NCBI GenBank assembly: GCA_947630375.1
Contig: CANRHH010000008.1
Span: 8,745-72,744, forward strand
Source of the DNA: an uncultured Oscillospiraceae bacterium
GTDB taxonomy: Bacteria; Bacillota; Clostridia; Oscillospirales; Oscillospiraceae
DNA length: 64,000 bases
Reading direction: 5' to 3'
Shown: positions 19,001-28,274 of the stretch, in pieces
Position numbering within the stretch: the first letter of the stretch is position 1
Layout: each line of letters opens with the position of its first letter
Made by a program: the position numbers and the translations under genes
Notes under the pieces: generated by a model
The model's database searches: none
Told to the model about the DNA's origin: nothing
Seen by the model: the letters and a program-made list of their open reading frames with translations, nothing else

Positions 19001-19081
19001 GGCGTGACCATGCAGGAGAAGGGCGTCTCCACCGTGATCGAGCTGGATCTGGAGGCCGCTCAGAAGGCCATTGAGGAGTGA
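16064..19081 (+). CDS. smc: Chromosome partition protein SMC (short-armed, about 1005 aa)
   Basis: It has an N-terminal Walker A (GPNGSGKSN), a central hinge, and C-terminal LSGGE signature and Walker B (FCVMDEIEAALD) motifs. I prefer the TTG at 16064 (M-YLRALELQGFKSF, GAGG 9 nt upstream) over 16049. Confidence 0.93.
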   Translation: MYLRALELQGFKSFPDKTRLTFEKDITAIVGPNGSGKSNISDAILWVMGEQRTKALRGAKMEDVIFGGTEKRSALGFAQVSLVIDNSARIFDSDSSEVMLTRRYYRSGESEYFINREPVRLKDIHALLMDTGLGRDGYSIIGQGRIAEIVSTRSTDRREVFEEAAGISRFRYRKEEAERKLQRTEENLLRIKDKIEELELQVGPLKKQAETARRYLVLREELRLQEVSVWMESLDRLRAQSEGIRLEQEQARQNLEQAKAELEALYASSGSLTERMHQKDIDSERARDRLSAVEAQAAAAEAQAAAAQANVQSAGESLKRLLQELGQQESRAAQVRAGIDEGREKIRRIDAELDRLRQESRQNANSIDGCRMKLQGRQELLDQLTAKANGLTVELRSTEARIAMLSAMERDFEGYSKAVKTVMREKERGSLKGIHAPAANLLRAEEDCALAIETALGAAAQNIVVDNQAAGRQAIELLKRQDAGRATFLPLDVISGTVLDERQIKGPGIVGVAVDLVRFDSAYKGIFENLLGRTVVAETLADAVKISAANGNRLRIVSLDGQLISPGGAMTGGSAAKGSGILSRANELEKLQKQKDRLSGEEKRCAGELERARSNLAGLRYQLDMALEDQAELRSQVSSQEAESRATGDSVLQLERLLDSLTGDEAGRRQAVEAAQRQITRFREQQREQERQAASIREQAAGIREEIARISQSKLELEGRRTKAEKDAQSRNADILELERQSARIEQKRLSAELEEKQLLDKLWEHYELSHSEAQALRRPIENMQKSARDIAALRREIGALGTPNLGAIEEYERVNSRFEFLSGQRDDIEKAKGELAGIIAEITGEMESLFRERFQEIDKAFRQTFLELFGGGKAALVLEDEKNVLECGIDIRVQPPGKALSTISLLSGGEMAFVAIALYFAILKVRPTPFCVMDEIEAALDEANVGRYAAYMRRMSGKTQFLVITHRRGTMEEADMLYGVTMQEKGVSTVIELDLEAAQKAIEE

Positions 19082-19088
19082 GAAGAAT

Positions 19089-19994
19089 ATGGGCTTTTTT
19101 GACAAGATCTTTTCCGGGCTGAGCAAGACCCGCTCCAACCTGGAGTTGGAGGAGCTGTTCCAGGGCTACCAGCCGGACAGCGAGGACTTTTACGAGGAAT
19201 TGGAGGAGCTGCTGGTCCTGGCCGACGTAGGCGCCGCCACCGCGGAGAAGGTGGTGGCGGGGATGAAGAAGCTCACCTGGGAACGGCGCTTCCGGAAGGG
19301 GAGCGAGGCCCGGGAGGGGCTCATCGAGCTGCTGAGCAAAATGCTCCAGGCCGGGGACACCGCCCTGAAGCTGGACACCAGGCCCTCCGTGATCCTGATG
19401 ACCGGGGTCAACGGCGTGGGCAAGACCACCACCATCGGCAAGCTCTCCAACCAGCTCCGGCAGCAGGGGAAGAAAGTCCTCCTCTGCGCGGGGGACACCT
19501 TCCGGGCCGCCGCGGCGGAGCAGCTGGCCATCTGGGCCGAGCGCTCCGGGGCGGACTTAGTGCGCCACGAGGAGGGCAGCGACCCGGCCGCCGTGGTCTT
19601 TGACGGCATCAACGCCGCCAAGGCCCGGGGCTCCGATGTGGTGATCATCGACACCGCGGGGCGGCTGCACAACAAGCAGAACCTGATGAACGAGCTGGCC
19701 AAGATCCGCCGTATCATTTCCCGGGAGCTGCCGGAGGCGGATGTGGAGTCCCTGATGGTGCTGGACGCCACCACCGGCCAGAATGGGCTGATCCAGGCCC
19801 GGCAGTTTTTGGAGACCTCCGGCGTCACCGGCATCGTGCTGACCAAGTTAGACGGCACCGCCAAGGGCGGCATCGTCTTTGCCATCGCCCAGGAGCTGGG
19901 CGTGCCGGTGAAATTCGTGGGGGTAGGCGAGGGGATGGACGATCTGCTGCCCTTCGACCCCCAGGACTTTGTGACGGCGCTGTTCAAAGCGTAA
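19089..19994 (+). CDS. ftsY: Signal recognition particle receptor FtsY
   Basis: SRP GTPase motifs are present: GVNGVGKTTTIGKL, DTAGR and TKLDGTAKGG. ATG 19089 is preferred. Confidence 0.95.
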   Translation: MGFFDKIFSGLSKTRSNLELEELFQGYQPDSEDFYEELEELLVLADVGAATAEKVVAGMKKLTWERRFRKGSEAREGLIELLSKMLQAGDTALKLDTRPSVILMTGVNGVGKTTTIGKLSNQLRQQGKKVLLCAGDTFRAAAAEQLAIWAERSGADLVRHEEGSDPAAVVFDGINAAKARGSDVVIIDTAGRLHNKQNLMNELAKIRRIISRELPEADVESLMVLDATTGQNGLIQARQFLETSGVTGIVLTKLDGTAKGGIVFAIAQELGVPVKFVGVGEGMDDLLPFDPQDFVTALFKA

Positions 19995-20005
19995 AGGAGA
20001 AGACA

Positions 20006-20314
20006 ATGGCACTGACAAGCAAACAGCGCGCCCAGCTGCGGGGCCTGGCCGCAGGGGAGGACACCATCATCCAGATCGGCAAGGGGGGCGTGACCCCCGC
20101 CGTCACCGCCTCCGTCAGCGCGGCGCTGGCCGCCCGGGAGCTGGTCAAGGGTAAGGTGCTGGAAAACGCCATGCTCACCGCCCGGGAGGCCTGCGAGATC
20201 CTGTCCCAGCGCTGCCGGGCCGAGCAGGTGCAGGTGATCGGGACCAAGTTCGTTTTGTATAAGCGCAACGAGCAGGCCCCGAAGATCGTCCTGGTCAAGG
20301 AAAAGAAGAAATGA
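20006..20314 (+). CDS. yhbY: YhbY/CRM-domain RNA-binding ribosome assembly protein
   Basis: LTSKQRAQLRGLA...IQIGKGGVT is the typical CRS1/YhbY domain. It occupies the conserved position before nadD. Confidence 0.85.
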   Translation: MALTSKQRAQLRGLAAGEDTIIQIGKGGVTPAVTASVSAALAARELVKGKVLENAMLTAREACEILSQRCRAEQVQVIGTKFVLYKRNEQAPKIVLVKEKKK

Positions 20315-21474
20315 AGGTCGCAATCTACGGCGGCAGCTTCAATCCGCCCCATTTAGGCCACGTGGAGGCGGCGCTCTCGGTTTACAAAGAGCTCGCGCCG
20401 GACATATTTCTTATTATCCCGGACCGTATGCCGCCTCACAAGGAGATGGCGGAGGGCAGCCCCACCGCGGAGGAGCGGCTGGAGCTGTGCCGCCTGGCCT
20501 TTCGGACCGTTCCCGGGGCCCAGGTCTCGGATATGGAGATCCGGCGCGGCGGAAAAAGCTACACGGCGGACACGGTGGCCGCGCTGAGGGCCCAATATCC
20601 GGACGCGGAGCTGCTGCTGGTGGTGGGCTCCGACATGCTCTTGAGCTTTGAGCAGTGGTATCGATTCGAATACCTGCTGCGAAACTGCACCTTGGCCGTC
20701 CTCTCCCGGGAGGAGGGGGACAAGCCGGATTTAAAAGCGCGCGCCGCCGCCCTGGAGGCAAAATACGGGGCCCGGGTCGTGCTGCTGCGGCACGAGGCCC
20801 TGCCCATGAGCTCCGGAGAGCTCCGGCAGCTGCTGCGCCTGCGCATGGGGGCCGACCGGCTGGACGGCGCGGTGTATGAGGAGATCATCCGCCGCCGCTT
20901 TTACGACGCCCTGCCGGAGCTGAGCTGGCTGCGGGAGCGGGCCTACGAATATCTGGAGCCACGGCGGGTGGGCCATGTGGCCGGCTGCGAGAGCGAGGCG
21001 GTGGCCCTGGCTATGCGCTGGGGGGAGCTGCCCGAGCGGGCCGCTACCGCGGCGATCCTTCATGACATCACAAAAAAATTTCGTTTTGAGGAACAGTTGC
21101 ACTTGTGCCGGGAATATGGTATGATTTGCAGCAACGGGGAGTTGGAGCACCCCCGCATCCTCCACGCCATCACCGGCGCGGCCCTGGCGCAGGCCCGCTT
21201 CGGCGTGTCGGACGCCATTGCCGGCGCCATCCGCTGGCATACCACCGGCAAGCCGGATATGACGCTGCTGGAAAAGATCCTCTATCTGGCCGATTATATC
21301 GAGCCCAACCGGGATTTCCCCGGCGTGGAGGGCCCCCGGGCGCTGGCCTACCAGGATCTGGACGCGGCCCTGGCTCTGGCCCTGAAAAACACCCTGGACG
21401 AACTGCGGGACCTGGGCGAAGAGCCTTTTATAGATACCGTGGAGGCGTACCGCTGGTACAGCCGTGAAAACTGA
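20311..21474 (+). CDS. nadD: Fusion of nicotinate-nucleotide adenylyltransferase NadD and the YqeK HD-domain phosphohydrolase
   Basis: The N-terminus is GGSFNPPHLGHVEAA (the (H/T)IGH nucleotidyltransferase motif). The C-terminal half has HD-domain motifs (ILHDITKK, RWHTTG, LYLADYIEPNR). Confidence 0.9.
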   Translation: MKVAIYGGSFNPPHLGHVEAALSVYKELAPDIFLIIPDRMPPHKEMAEGSPTAEERLELCRLAFRTVPGAQVSDMEIRRGGKSYTADTVAALRAQYPDAELLLVVGSDMLLSFEQWYRFEYLLRNCTLAVLSREEGDKPDLKARAAALEAKYGARVVLLRHEALPMSSGELRQLLRLRMGADRLDGAVYEEIIRRRFYDALPELSWLRERAYEYLEPRRVGHVAGCESEAVALAMRWGELPERAATAAILHDITKKFRFEEQLHLCREYGMICSNGELEHPRILHAITGAALAQARFGVSDAIAGAIRWHTTGKPDMTLLEKILYLADYIEPNRDFPGVEGPRALAYQDLDAALALALKNTLDELRDLGEEPFIDTVEAYRWYSREN

Positions 21475-21489
21475 CAAGGAGGAGAGAAG

Positions 21490-21849
21490 ATGCTTACACC
21501 CGCTGAGATCGCCTCTATCGCCGTGAAAGCGCTGGAGGAAAAGAAGGCAAAGGACATCAAGGTCCTCAACACCACCGAGCAGACCGTGCTGGCGGACTAT
21601 TTTGTCCTGTGCAGCGGCTCCTCCGCGCCCCATATCAAGGCGCTGGTGGACGAGGTGGACCGGCAGCTCACCGAGGCCGGAGAACCGCCCCGCCGCCGGG
21701 AGGGGATGCGCTCGGATATCTGGGTGCTGATGGACTTCGGCTGCGTGGTGGTCCACGTGTTCACCGAGGAAGCCCGGAAATTCTATGACCTGGAGCGCCT
21801 CTGGAGCGACTCCCGGGCGGTGCCGCCGGCGGAGCTGCCGGAAATTTAA
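21490..21849 (+). CDS. rsfS: Ribosome silencing factor RsfS
   Basis: The typical RsfS/YbeB sequence (ALEEKKAKDIKVLN...ADYFVLCSGSS..H) is present. Confidence 0.9.
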   Translation: MLTPAEIASIAVKALEEKKAKDIKVLNTTEQTVLADYFVLCSGSSAPHIKALVDEVDRQLTEAGEPPRRREGMRSDIWVLMDFGCVVVHVFTEEARKFYDLERLWSDSRAVPPAELPEI

Positions 21850-21900
21850 GCGCGCATACAGAACGAATTTGCTTTTTCACATAAAGGAGATCATGGAAAG

Positions 21901-24327
21901 ATGAAGTATGACTTTGCGGCCATAGAGAAAAAGTGGCAGCAGCGCTGGGAGGAGACCAAGCCCTACGCGGCGGAGACCTTCAGCGACAAGCCCAAGTTTT
22001 ACGGGCTCATCGAGTTCCCCTATCCCTCCGGCCAGGGCCTGCATGTGGGCCATCCCCGGCCTTTCACGGCCATGGACATCGTCACCCGGAAAAAGCGGAT
22101 GGAGGGCTACAACGTTCTGTTCCCCATCGGGTTTGACGCCTTCGGCCTGCCCACGGAGAACTATGCCATCAAGAACCACATCCACCCGGCGGAGGTGACG
22201 AGGAAGAACATTGTCAACTTCACCAACCAGCTGAAGATGTTGGGCTACGGCTTTGACTGGGACCGCTGTGTGGACACCACGGACCCCAACTATTACAAGT
22301 GGACCCAGTGGATCTTCCTGCAGCTGTATAAGAAGGGGCTGGCCTATAAGACCACCATGCCCGTCAACTGGTGCACCAGCTGCAAATGCGTCCTGGCCAA
22401 CGAGGAAGTGGTCAACGGCGTGTGCGAACGCTGCGGCAGCGAGGTCATCCGCAAGGAGAAGAGCCAGTGGATGCTGGCCATCACTAAGTACGCCCAGCGT
22501 CTCATCGACGATCTGGACGATCTGGACTACATCGAGCGGGTAAAGATCCAGCAGCGCAACTGGATCGGCCGCTCCACCGGCGCGGAGGTCACCTTCAAGA
22601 CCACCGCCGGGGACGATCTGGTGGTCTACACCACCCGGCCGGACACCCTTTTTGGCGCCACCTATATGGTTCTGGCCCCGGAGCATGGCTATGTGAACAA
22701 GTGGAAGCCCCTGATCCAAAACTGGGACGCCGTGGCCGCCTATGTGGACGACGCGGCCCACAAGTCCGACTTTGAGCGCTCCGAGCTGAACAAGGAAAAG
22801 ACCGGCGTGATGCTGGAGGGCGTGAAGGCCGTCAACCCGGTCAACGGACGGGAGATCCCCATCTTCATCTCCGACTATGTCCTGGTCACCTACGGCACCG
22901 GTGCCATCATGGCCGTGCCTGCCCACGACGACCGTGACTGGGAGTTTGCGAAAAAGTTCGGCTGCGAGATCGTGGAAGTGGTCAAGGGCGGCAACATCGA
23001 GGAGGGCGCCTTTACCCTCAAGGACGATACCGGCGTCATGGTCAACTCCGGCTTCCTGGACGGGCTCACCGTCAAGCAGGCCATCCCCGCCATGAAAAAA
23101 TGGCTGGTGGAGCAGGGCGTAGGCGTGGAGAAGGTCAACTACAAGCTGCGGGACTGGGTGTTCTCCCGCCAGCGGTACTGGGGCGAGCCGATCCCCCTGG
23201 TCAACTGCGAAAAATGCGGCTGGGTTCCCCTGCCGGAGAGCGAGCTGCCCCTGGTCCTGCCCCAGGTGGAGTCCTATGAGCCCACCGACGACGGGGAGTC
23301 CCCCCTGTCCAAAATGACCGACTGGGTCAACACCACCTGCCCCTGCTGCGGCGGCCCCGCCAAGCGGGAGACGGACACCATGCCCCAGTGGGCCGGCTCC
23401 AGCTGGTATTTCCTGCGCTATATGGACCCCCACAACGACAAGGAGCTGGTCTCCAAGGCGGCCGAGGAGTACTGGGGTCCGGTGGACTGGTATAACGGCG
23501 GCATGGAGCACACCACGCTCCACCTGCTCTACAGCCGCTTCTGGCACAAGTTCCTGTACGATATCGGCGTGGTGCACACCAAGGAGCCCTACGCCAAGCG
23601 CACCTCCCATGGCATGATCTTAGGCGAGGGCGGCGAGAAGATGTCCAAGTCCCGGGGCAACGTGGTCAACCCCAACGACATCGTCAACCAGTACGGGGCG
23701 GACACCATGCGTCTGCACATCATGTTCATCGGCGACTTTGAGAAGGCGGTCACCTGGTCCAACGAGGCGGTGAAGGGCTCCAAGCGCTTCCTGGACCGCT
23801 GCTGGAACCTGATGGACATCGCGGAGGACAGCGAGGCCGTCTCCGCCAAAAACGAGGCCATCATCCACAAGACCATCAAGAAGGTCACCGAGGATATCGA
23901 CAACCTGAAGATGAACACAGCCATCGCCGCGCTGATGACCATGGTCAACGAGTTCTACGCCAAGGGTCTCACCAAGGGTGATCTGGAGCAGCTGCTTCTG
24001 CTGCTCAGCCCCTTCGCCCCCCATATGGTGGAGGAGATGTGGGAGCTGACAGGCTACGCCGCCAAGTACGGCTGCATGGCCATGCAGCGGCCCTGGCCGG
24101 AATACGAGCACGCCAAGACCCTGGACGCGGAGAAGGAGATGGCCGTGCAGGTCAACGGAAAACTGCGGGCCACGGTGATCGTCCCCGCCGACGCGGAGGA
24201 TCAGACGGTGCTGGACGCGGCGCTGAAGGAAGAAAAGATCCAGCGCCAGATGCAGGGAATGCAGCTTGTAAAGACCATTGTAGTCAAGAATAAATTAATA
24301 AATTTAATTCTTAAGCCTGCAAAGTGA
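21901..24327 (+). CDS. leuS: Leucyl-tRNA synthetase
   Basis: It has the class I HIGH-type motif (HVGHPR), KMSKS, and CP1 editing and zinc-binding segments. The protein is 808 aa. Confidence 0.97.
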   Translation: MKYDFAAIEKKWQQRWEETKPYAAETFSDKPKFYGLIEFPYPSGQGLHVGHPRPFTAMDIVTRKKRMEGYNVLFPIGFDAFGLPTENYAIKNHIHPAEVTRKNIVNFTNQLKMLGYGFDWDRCVDTTDPNYYKWTQWIFLQLYKKGLAYKTTMPVNWCTSCKCVLANEEVVNGVCERCGSEVIRKEKSQWMLAITKYAQRLIDDLDDLDYIERVKIQQRNWIGRSTGAEVTFKTTAGDDLVVYTTRPDTLFGATYMVLAPEHGYVNKWKPLIQNWDAVAAYVDDAAHKSDFERSELNKEKTGVMLEGVKAVNPVNGREIPIFISDYVLVTYGTGAIMAVPAHDDRDWEFAKKFGCEIVEVVKGGNIEEGAFTLKDDTGVMVNSGFLDGLTVKQAIPAMKKWLVEQGVGVEKVNYKLRDWVFSRQRYWGEPIPLVNCEKCGWVPLPESELPLVLPQVESYEPTDDGESPLSKMTDWVNTTCPCCGGPAKRETDTMPQWAGSSWYFLRYMDPHNDKELVSKAAEEYWGPVDWYNGGMEHTTLHLLYSRFWHKFLYDIGVVHTKEPYAKRTSHGMILGEGGEKMSKSRGNVVNPNDIVNQYGADTMRLHIMFIGDFEKAVTWSNEAVKGSKRFLDRCWNLMDIAEDSEAVSAKNEAIIHKTIKKVTEDIDNLKMNTAIAALMTMVNEFYAKGLTKGDLEQLLLLLSPFAPHMVEEMWELTGYAAKYGCMAMQRPWPEYEHAKTLDAEKEMAVQVNGKLRATVIVPADAEDQTVLDAALKEEKIQRQMQGMQLVKTIVVKNKLINLILKPAK

Positions 24328-24330
24328 ACC

Positions 24331-24359
24331 TTGACAAGAACTGTTTTCCCGGCTATAAT
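24331..24359 (+). promoter_or_regulatory. Consensus sigma-A promoter for rpsU
   Basis: TTGACA, a 17-nt spacer, then TATAAT. Confidence 0.75.
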
Positions 24360-24427
24360 TAGCATGATAAAAGCCAATTCTTTGGCCCTTTAAGCGTCTT
24401 TGTGCGTTTTTGGAGGGAGGGAAATAA

Positions 24428-24613
24428 ATGTCTGAAATATACGTCAAGGAGAACGAGTCTCTGGACAACGCGCTCAAGCGTTTCAAGCGCAGCTGCGCCA
24501 AGTCCGGCGTCCTGGCCGACCTGAGGAAGAAGGAGTATTACCAGAGCCCCAGCGTCAAGCGCCGCAAGAAATCCGAGGCGGCCCGCAAAAATAAGAACAA
24601 GCGGTATTATTGA
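24428..24613 (+). CDS. rpsU: 30S ribosomal protein S21
   Basis: The 61-aa basic protein contains [14 protein letters not shown], typical of bS21. Confidence 0.95.
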   Translation: MSEIYVKENESLDNALKRFKRSCAKSGVLADLRKKEYYQSPSVKRRKKSEAARKNKNKRYY

Positions 24614-24656
24614 TCCAAAAACGATTCAACATTTCCAAAATTTCATCCAAGATGTC

Positions 24657-24684
24657 AAAAGGCAGCGCTTTCGCGCTGCCTTTT
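24657..24684. terminator. Bidirectional terminator between rpsU and the gtrA-like gene
   Basis: AAAAGGCAGCGC-TTTC-GCGCTGCCTTTT. Confidence 0.85.
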
Positions 24685-24703
24685 GGCCTGTTTTAAGGCA
24701 CTC

Positions 24704-25126
24704 TTATTTTTTAACGGCGGTGTCGATGGATTTGCCGAAGACGAAAAAGCGCTGGAACAGAAACTCCGTAGAGAAGTTGAGCAGCATGTTGATAATAGTC
24801 ACCAGATACTCGTTCCAGAGCAGGGTATCCGCCAGGTAGCTGCCCAACAGGGTGGACAGGGGCGTGAACACCGCGTAGTACCCCAACACCTTCAGCATGG
24901 CCACCGGCACATTGGCGGCGGATTTGAAGGTGAACTTCCGGTTCAGCGTAAAATTCCAGAGCACGGACAGCACCAGAGCGATCAGGTAACAGGGCCAGTA
25001 GCTCCAGCCGGTCAGCTCATTGAGCAGCGCGAAGCTCCCCATCTCCACCAACGCCGCGCTGGCGGAAAACAGCGCGAATTTGACAAAGCGCCACAGCTCC
25101 TGGATCTTATTGCTCATTGAGATCAC
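24704..25126 (-). CDS. GtrA family membrane protein
   Basis: It is a 4-TM, roughly 140-aa protein with the GtrA-like pattern (FVKFALFSASAALVE..., NFTLNRKFTF). Confidence 0.75.
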   Translation of the reverse strand: MISMSNKIQELWRFVKFALFSASAALVEMGSFALLNELTGWSYWPCYLIALVLSVLWNFTLNRKFTFKSAANVPVAMLKVLGYYAVFTPLSTLLGSYLADTLLWNEYLVTIINMLLNFSTEFLFQRFFVFGKSIDTAVKK

Positions 25127-25197
25127 CTCCCTTTGCCTTCTTACTATACCCTATTCCGGCCGGGAAGTAAAGATAAAAATGTTCAAATTTTTGGACT

Positions 25198-26364
25198 TTA
25201 TACATAACTCCGGTCGATGTGCACCACCGGATACCGGTCCGGCCAGGCAGCGCCCACCAGAGAACGGACCCGGGCGGCCAGGTCCCGGTCGGTCCGGGGG
25301 TCGGAGACGGGAAAGACCGCGTCAAAGATCAAATTGGTGTGGGTGGGGCCGGGGACGATGCGCAGATCGTGGATGCTCAGGTCCGGGGAGAGGGCGCGGA
25401 GCAGCTCCTCCAACTCCTGCCGGACCCGGGTCAGCTCCCCGTCGTCGGGCAGCAGCGGATCCATATGGATGGTGGCCTGGCAGCCGAAGCGCTCCTGGAT
25501 CTCCCGCTCCGCGCTGTCGATGGCGTCATGGAGTTGGAACACATCCCCCCGGCCGTCCACCTCCGCGTGGAGGGAGACCATCAGCCGGCCCGGGCCATAG
25601 TCGTGGACCAGCAGATCGTGGACCCCCAGGACCTCCGGCCGGGCCAGGACCGTCTCCCGGATGTGGCGCACAAGCTCCGGGTCCGGGGCCTGGCCCAGCA
25701 GGGGGGAGACCGTATCCCGGACGGAGCAGACGCCGGAGTATACGATGAAGCAGGCCACCGCCAAACCGGCCCAGCCGTCGATCACCCGGCCGGTGAACCG
25801 GGCCAGGAGCATGGACAGGAGCACCACGGTGGTGGACACGGCGTCCGTCAGGGAATCTATACCCACAGCCTTCATAGAGGAGGAGCCGATCCTGGCCCCG
25901 ATCCGCCGGTTATAGGCGGCCATGTACAGCTTGACGGCGATGGAGGCGGCCAGGATGACTGCCGGCAGCAGCCCCGCGGCGACCGGCTGCGGGTGCAGGA
26001 TCTTGTCGATGGCGCTGTGGCCCAGCTCCACCCCTAACAGGACGATCAGCAGGGACAGGCCCAGCCCGGCCAGATATTCCGCCCGGCCGTGGCCGTAGGG
26101 GTGGTCCGGGTCCGGCCGCTTTCCGGCCAGGACGAAGCCCAGCAGGGAGATCACGGAGGAGGCCGCGTCAGACAGGTTGTTGAAGGCGTCCGCCGTGACG
26201 GCCACCGAGCCGGAGAGGATCCCCGCGAAGCTTTTGGCCCCGAAGAGCAGAAAATTCAAAAAGATCCCGTAGGCCCCGCAGAGGACTCCGTAGGCCCGCC
26301 GGACGGCGTTGTCCTGCACGTCGTCCCGGCGGGGGATCAGGCGTTTGATGAGAAAATTGAGCAT
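25198..26364 (-). CDS. Cation diffusion facilitator (CDF) family metal efflux transporter
   Basis: It has a six-TM N-terminal half with SGSVAVTADAFNNLSDA and HGHGRAEY-like motifs, plus a C-terminal cytoplasmic domain. Confidence 0.9.
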   Translation of the reverse strand: MLNFLIKRLIPRRDDVQDNAVRRAYGVLCGAYGIFLNFLLFGAKSFAGILSGSVAVTADAFNNLSDAASSVISLLGFVLAGKRPDPDHPYGHGRAEYLAGLGLSLLIVLLGVELGHSAIDKILHPQPVAAGLLPAVILAASIAVKLYMAAYNRRIGARIGSSSMKAVGIDSLTDAVSTTVVLLSMLLARFTGRVIDGWAGLAVACFIVYSGVCSVRDTVSPLLGQAPDPELVRHIRETVLARPEVLGVHDLLVHDYGPGRLMVSLHAEVDGRGDVFQLHDAIDSAEREIQERFGCQATIHMDPLLPDDGELTRVRQELEELLRALSPDLSIHDLRIVPGPTHTNLIFDAVFPVSDPRTDRDLAARVRSLVGAAWPDRYPVVHIDRSYV

Positions 26365-26379
26365 AATGGCACTCCCGGA

Positions 26380-27354
26380 TCAAAAATCCAGCGTTTGCAG
26401 ACCGAAATAAGTCTCCGCGAAATCCACCTTACGTACCCGAAACTCCCTGCCCCGCAGATATTCCAGGGGCCCCGCGTCCGTGGGAAAGGAGAAAAACAGC
26501 TTATAGGAACAGAGGGCCTGGCGGCTCTCCCCGTAGTTTTTGTTGAAGCGCTCGCTGCCGTATTTCCCGTCCCCCAGCAGGGGCCAGCCCGCCGCGGCCA
26601 TCTGGGCCCGGATCTGATGGGTCCGCCCGGTGAGCAGCCGGCACTCCACCAGGGACAGAGGCCCTTTGGTGACCAGGGTCCGGTATTCGGTGACGGCGGT
26701 CTTGGCCCCCGGCTCGGGCCGCTTCTTCACATAGACCTGGTTGGAGGCCGCGTCCTTGAACAGGTAATTTTCCAGCCGGCCCGCGGCGGGAGAGGGCCGG
26801 CCCCGGACGGCGCAGAGGTAATATTTCTCGATCTCCCGGTCCCGGATCTTGCTGTTGAGCACCCGCAGGGCCTCCGCGTTCTTGGCGGCGATGACGATGC
26901 CGCCGGTGTTCCGGTCGATCCGGTTGCACAGGGCCGGGGCGAAGGAGGCCTCGTCCCGGGGATCCCACTCTTTTTTCTGGTACAGATAGGCCTGGATATG
27001 GGCGATGAGGGTGTTATAATCCCAGACCCCGGCGCTGTGGCAGAGCTGGCCCGGCTTCTTATCCGCCAGGAGGATGTTCTCGTCCTCATAGACGATATCC
27101 AGCCGGGGCGTGCCCACCTTCAGAAAGGCGTTGTCCTCCCGGGGCTTTTCGAAAAACTCGTCGTTGATATACAGCTGCACCGTATCCCCGGCGGCCAGGC
27201 GCGTATCCCGCTTGGCGCCCTTGCCGTTGAGCTTGACGCGCTTGAGGCGGATATATTTTTGCAGCAGAGACTCCGGCAGCAAGGGCACCGCCTTGCCCAC
27301 AAAGCGGTCCAGCCGCTGGCCCGCGTCGTTAGGGCGGATGCTCAGCTCTTTCAT
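26380..27354 (-). CDS. RluA family pseudouridine synthase with an S4 domain
   Basis: It has an N-terminal S4-like segment, the catalytic-region RIDRNTGG motif and HQIRAQMAAAGWPLLGDGKYG. Confidence 0.9.
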   Translation of the reverse strand: MKELSIRPNDAGQRLDRFVGKAVPLLPESLLQKYIRLKRVKLNGKGAKRDTRLAAGDTVQLYINDEFFEKPREDNAFLKVGTPRLDIVYEDENILLADKKPGQLCHSAGVWDYNTLIAHIQAYLYQKKEWDPRDEASFAPALCNRIDRNTGGIVIAAKNAEALRVLNSKIRDREIEKYYLCAVRGRPSPAAGRLENYLFKDAASNQVYVKKRPEPGAKTAVTEYRTLVTKGPLSLVECRLLTGRTHQIRAQMAAAGWPLLGDGKYGSERFNKNYGESRQALCSYKLFFSFPTDAGPLEYLRGREFRVRKVDFAETYFGLQTLDF

Positions 27355-27416
27355 GGAAAAGACCTCCAGGAAGCATTTTTTTGCTGATTTTGATTATACT
27401 ATAGAAAATTTCTGTT

Positions 27417-27445
27417 GACAAGACTTGACAGTTCAACTATAATGT
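27417..27445 (+). promoter_or_regulatory. Consensus sigma-A promoter for yceD-rpmF
   Basis: TTGACA, a 17-nt spacer, then TATAAT. Confidence 0.7.
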
Positions 27446-27490
27446 TTAGGCGACTGCGGAGACTTTCCTACCCACCGCGAGGTATTTTTT

Positions 27491-27982
27491 ATGCGGCTTG
27501 ACCTGCGAGAAATCATGGACAACCCCGGCGCGTCCGTCCCGTTCCAATGTGAACTGGAGACAGAGCGGCTGGATTTCCCCTCGGTGAAGGGCTACCGGGC
27601 GAAGCCCCGGGCCTCGGGCCGGGTGTTCAACGAGGCGGGCATCCTCCGTCTGGAGGGGACCGTCACGGCGGAAATGATCTGCATTTGTGACCGCTGCGGC
27701 ATGGATTTTGACAGCGTCAAAGAGACGGCGGTGGACGCGGTGCTGGTGGAAGAAAACACCGGGGACGACCCGGAGCTCTTTGTCTTGGAGGGTGAGGAGG
27801 TCGACCTGGACGAGGTGCTCTCCACCTGCTTCATCCTGGATATGGAGACCAAGTTCCTCTGCCGGGAGGACTGCAAGGGCCTCTGCGACCGCTGCGGTAA
27901 AAATCTCAATCTCGGCCCCTGCGGATGCAGGAAACAGATCGATCCAAGATTTGCTGTGCTTGAGCAGCTTTTGGATAAGTAA
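27491..27982 (+). CDS. YceD/DUF177 family protein
   Basis: It has the typical acidic sequence with CDRCG...CDRCGKNLN Cys pairs. It lies directly upstream of rpmF, as in most bacteria. Confidence 0.85.
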   Translation: MRLDLREIMDNPGASVPFQCELETERLDFPSVKGYRAKPRASGRVFNEAGILRLEGTVTAEMICICDRCGMDFDSVKETAVDAVLVEENTGDDPELFVLEGEEVDLDEVLSTCFILDMETKFLCREDCKGLCDRCGKNLNLGPCGCRKQIDPRFAVLEQLLDK

Positions 27983-28032
27983 CAAAGTACAATAAGAGCT
28001 GCTCAAAACAGCTTGTATCAGGAGGTGTCAAC

Positions 28033-28221
28033 ATGGCAGTCCCAAAAGGAAAGGTATCACGGCAGAGACGTGACAAGAGACGCTCTTCCACCTGGAAGCT
28101 TACCGCTCCCGACATCATCAAGTGCCCCAACTGCGGAGCTTTCTGCGTGCCCCATCGCGCCTGCAAGGCCTGCGGGCAGTATAATGGCCGCGTCGTTTTG
28201 AAGGTTGAGGAGAGCAAGTAA
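28033..28221 (+). CDS. rpmF: 50S ribosomal protein L32
   Basis: MAVPKGKVSRQRRDKRRS plus a CxxC...CxxC zinc ribbon. Confidence 0.95.
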   Translation: MAVPKGKVSRQRRDKRRSSTWKLTAPDIIKCPNCGAFCVPHRACKACGQYNGRVVLKVEESK

Positions 28222-28274
28222 ACGAAGCTCGAGGAGGAGAGGTTAGCCTTTCCTCCTTTTGCTTTAAAAACGCT

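Noticed and set aside
25020-25748. A 242-aa Pro/Gly/Arg-rich ORF overlaps the GtrA and CDF genes.
   Set aside because: It is a low-complexity shadow frame that spans an intergenic region and two real minus-strand genes.
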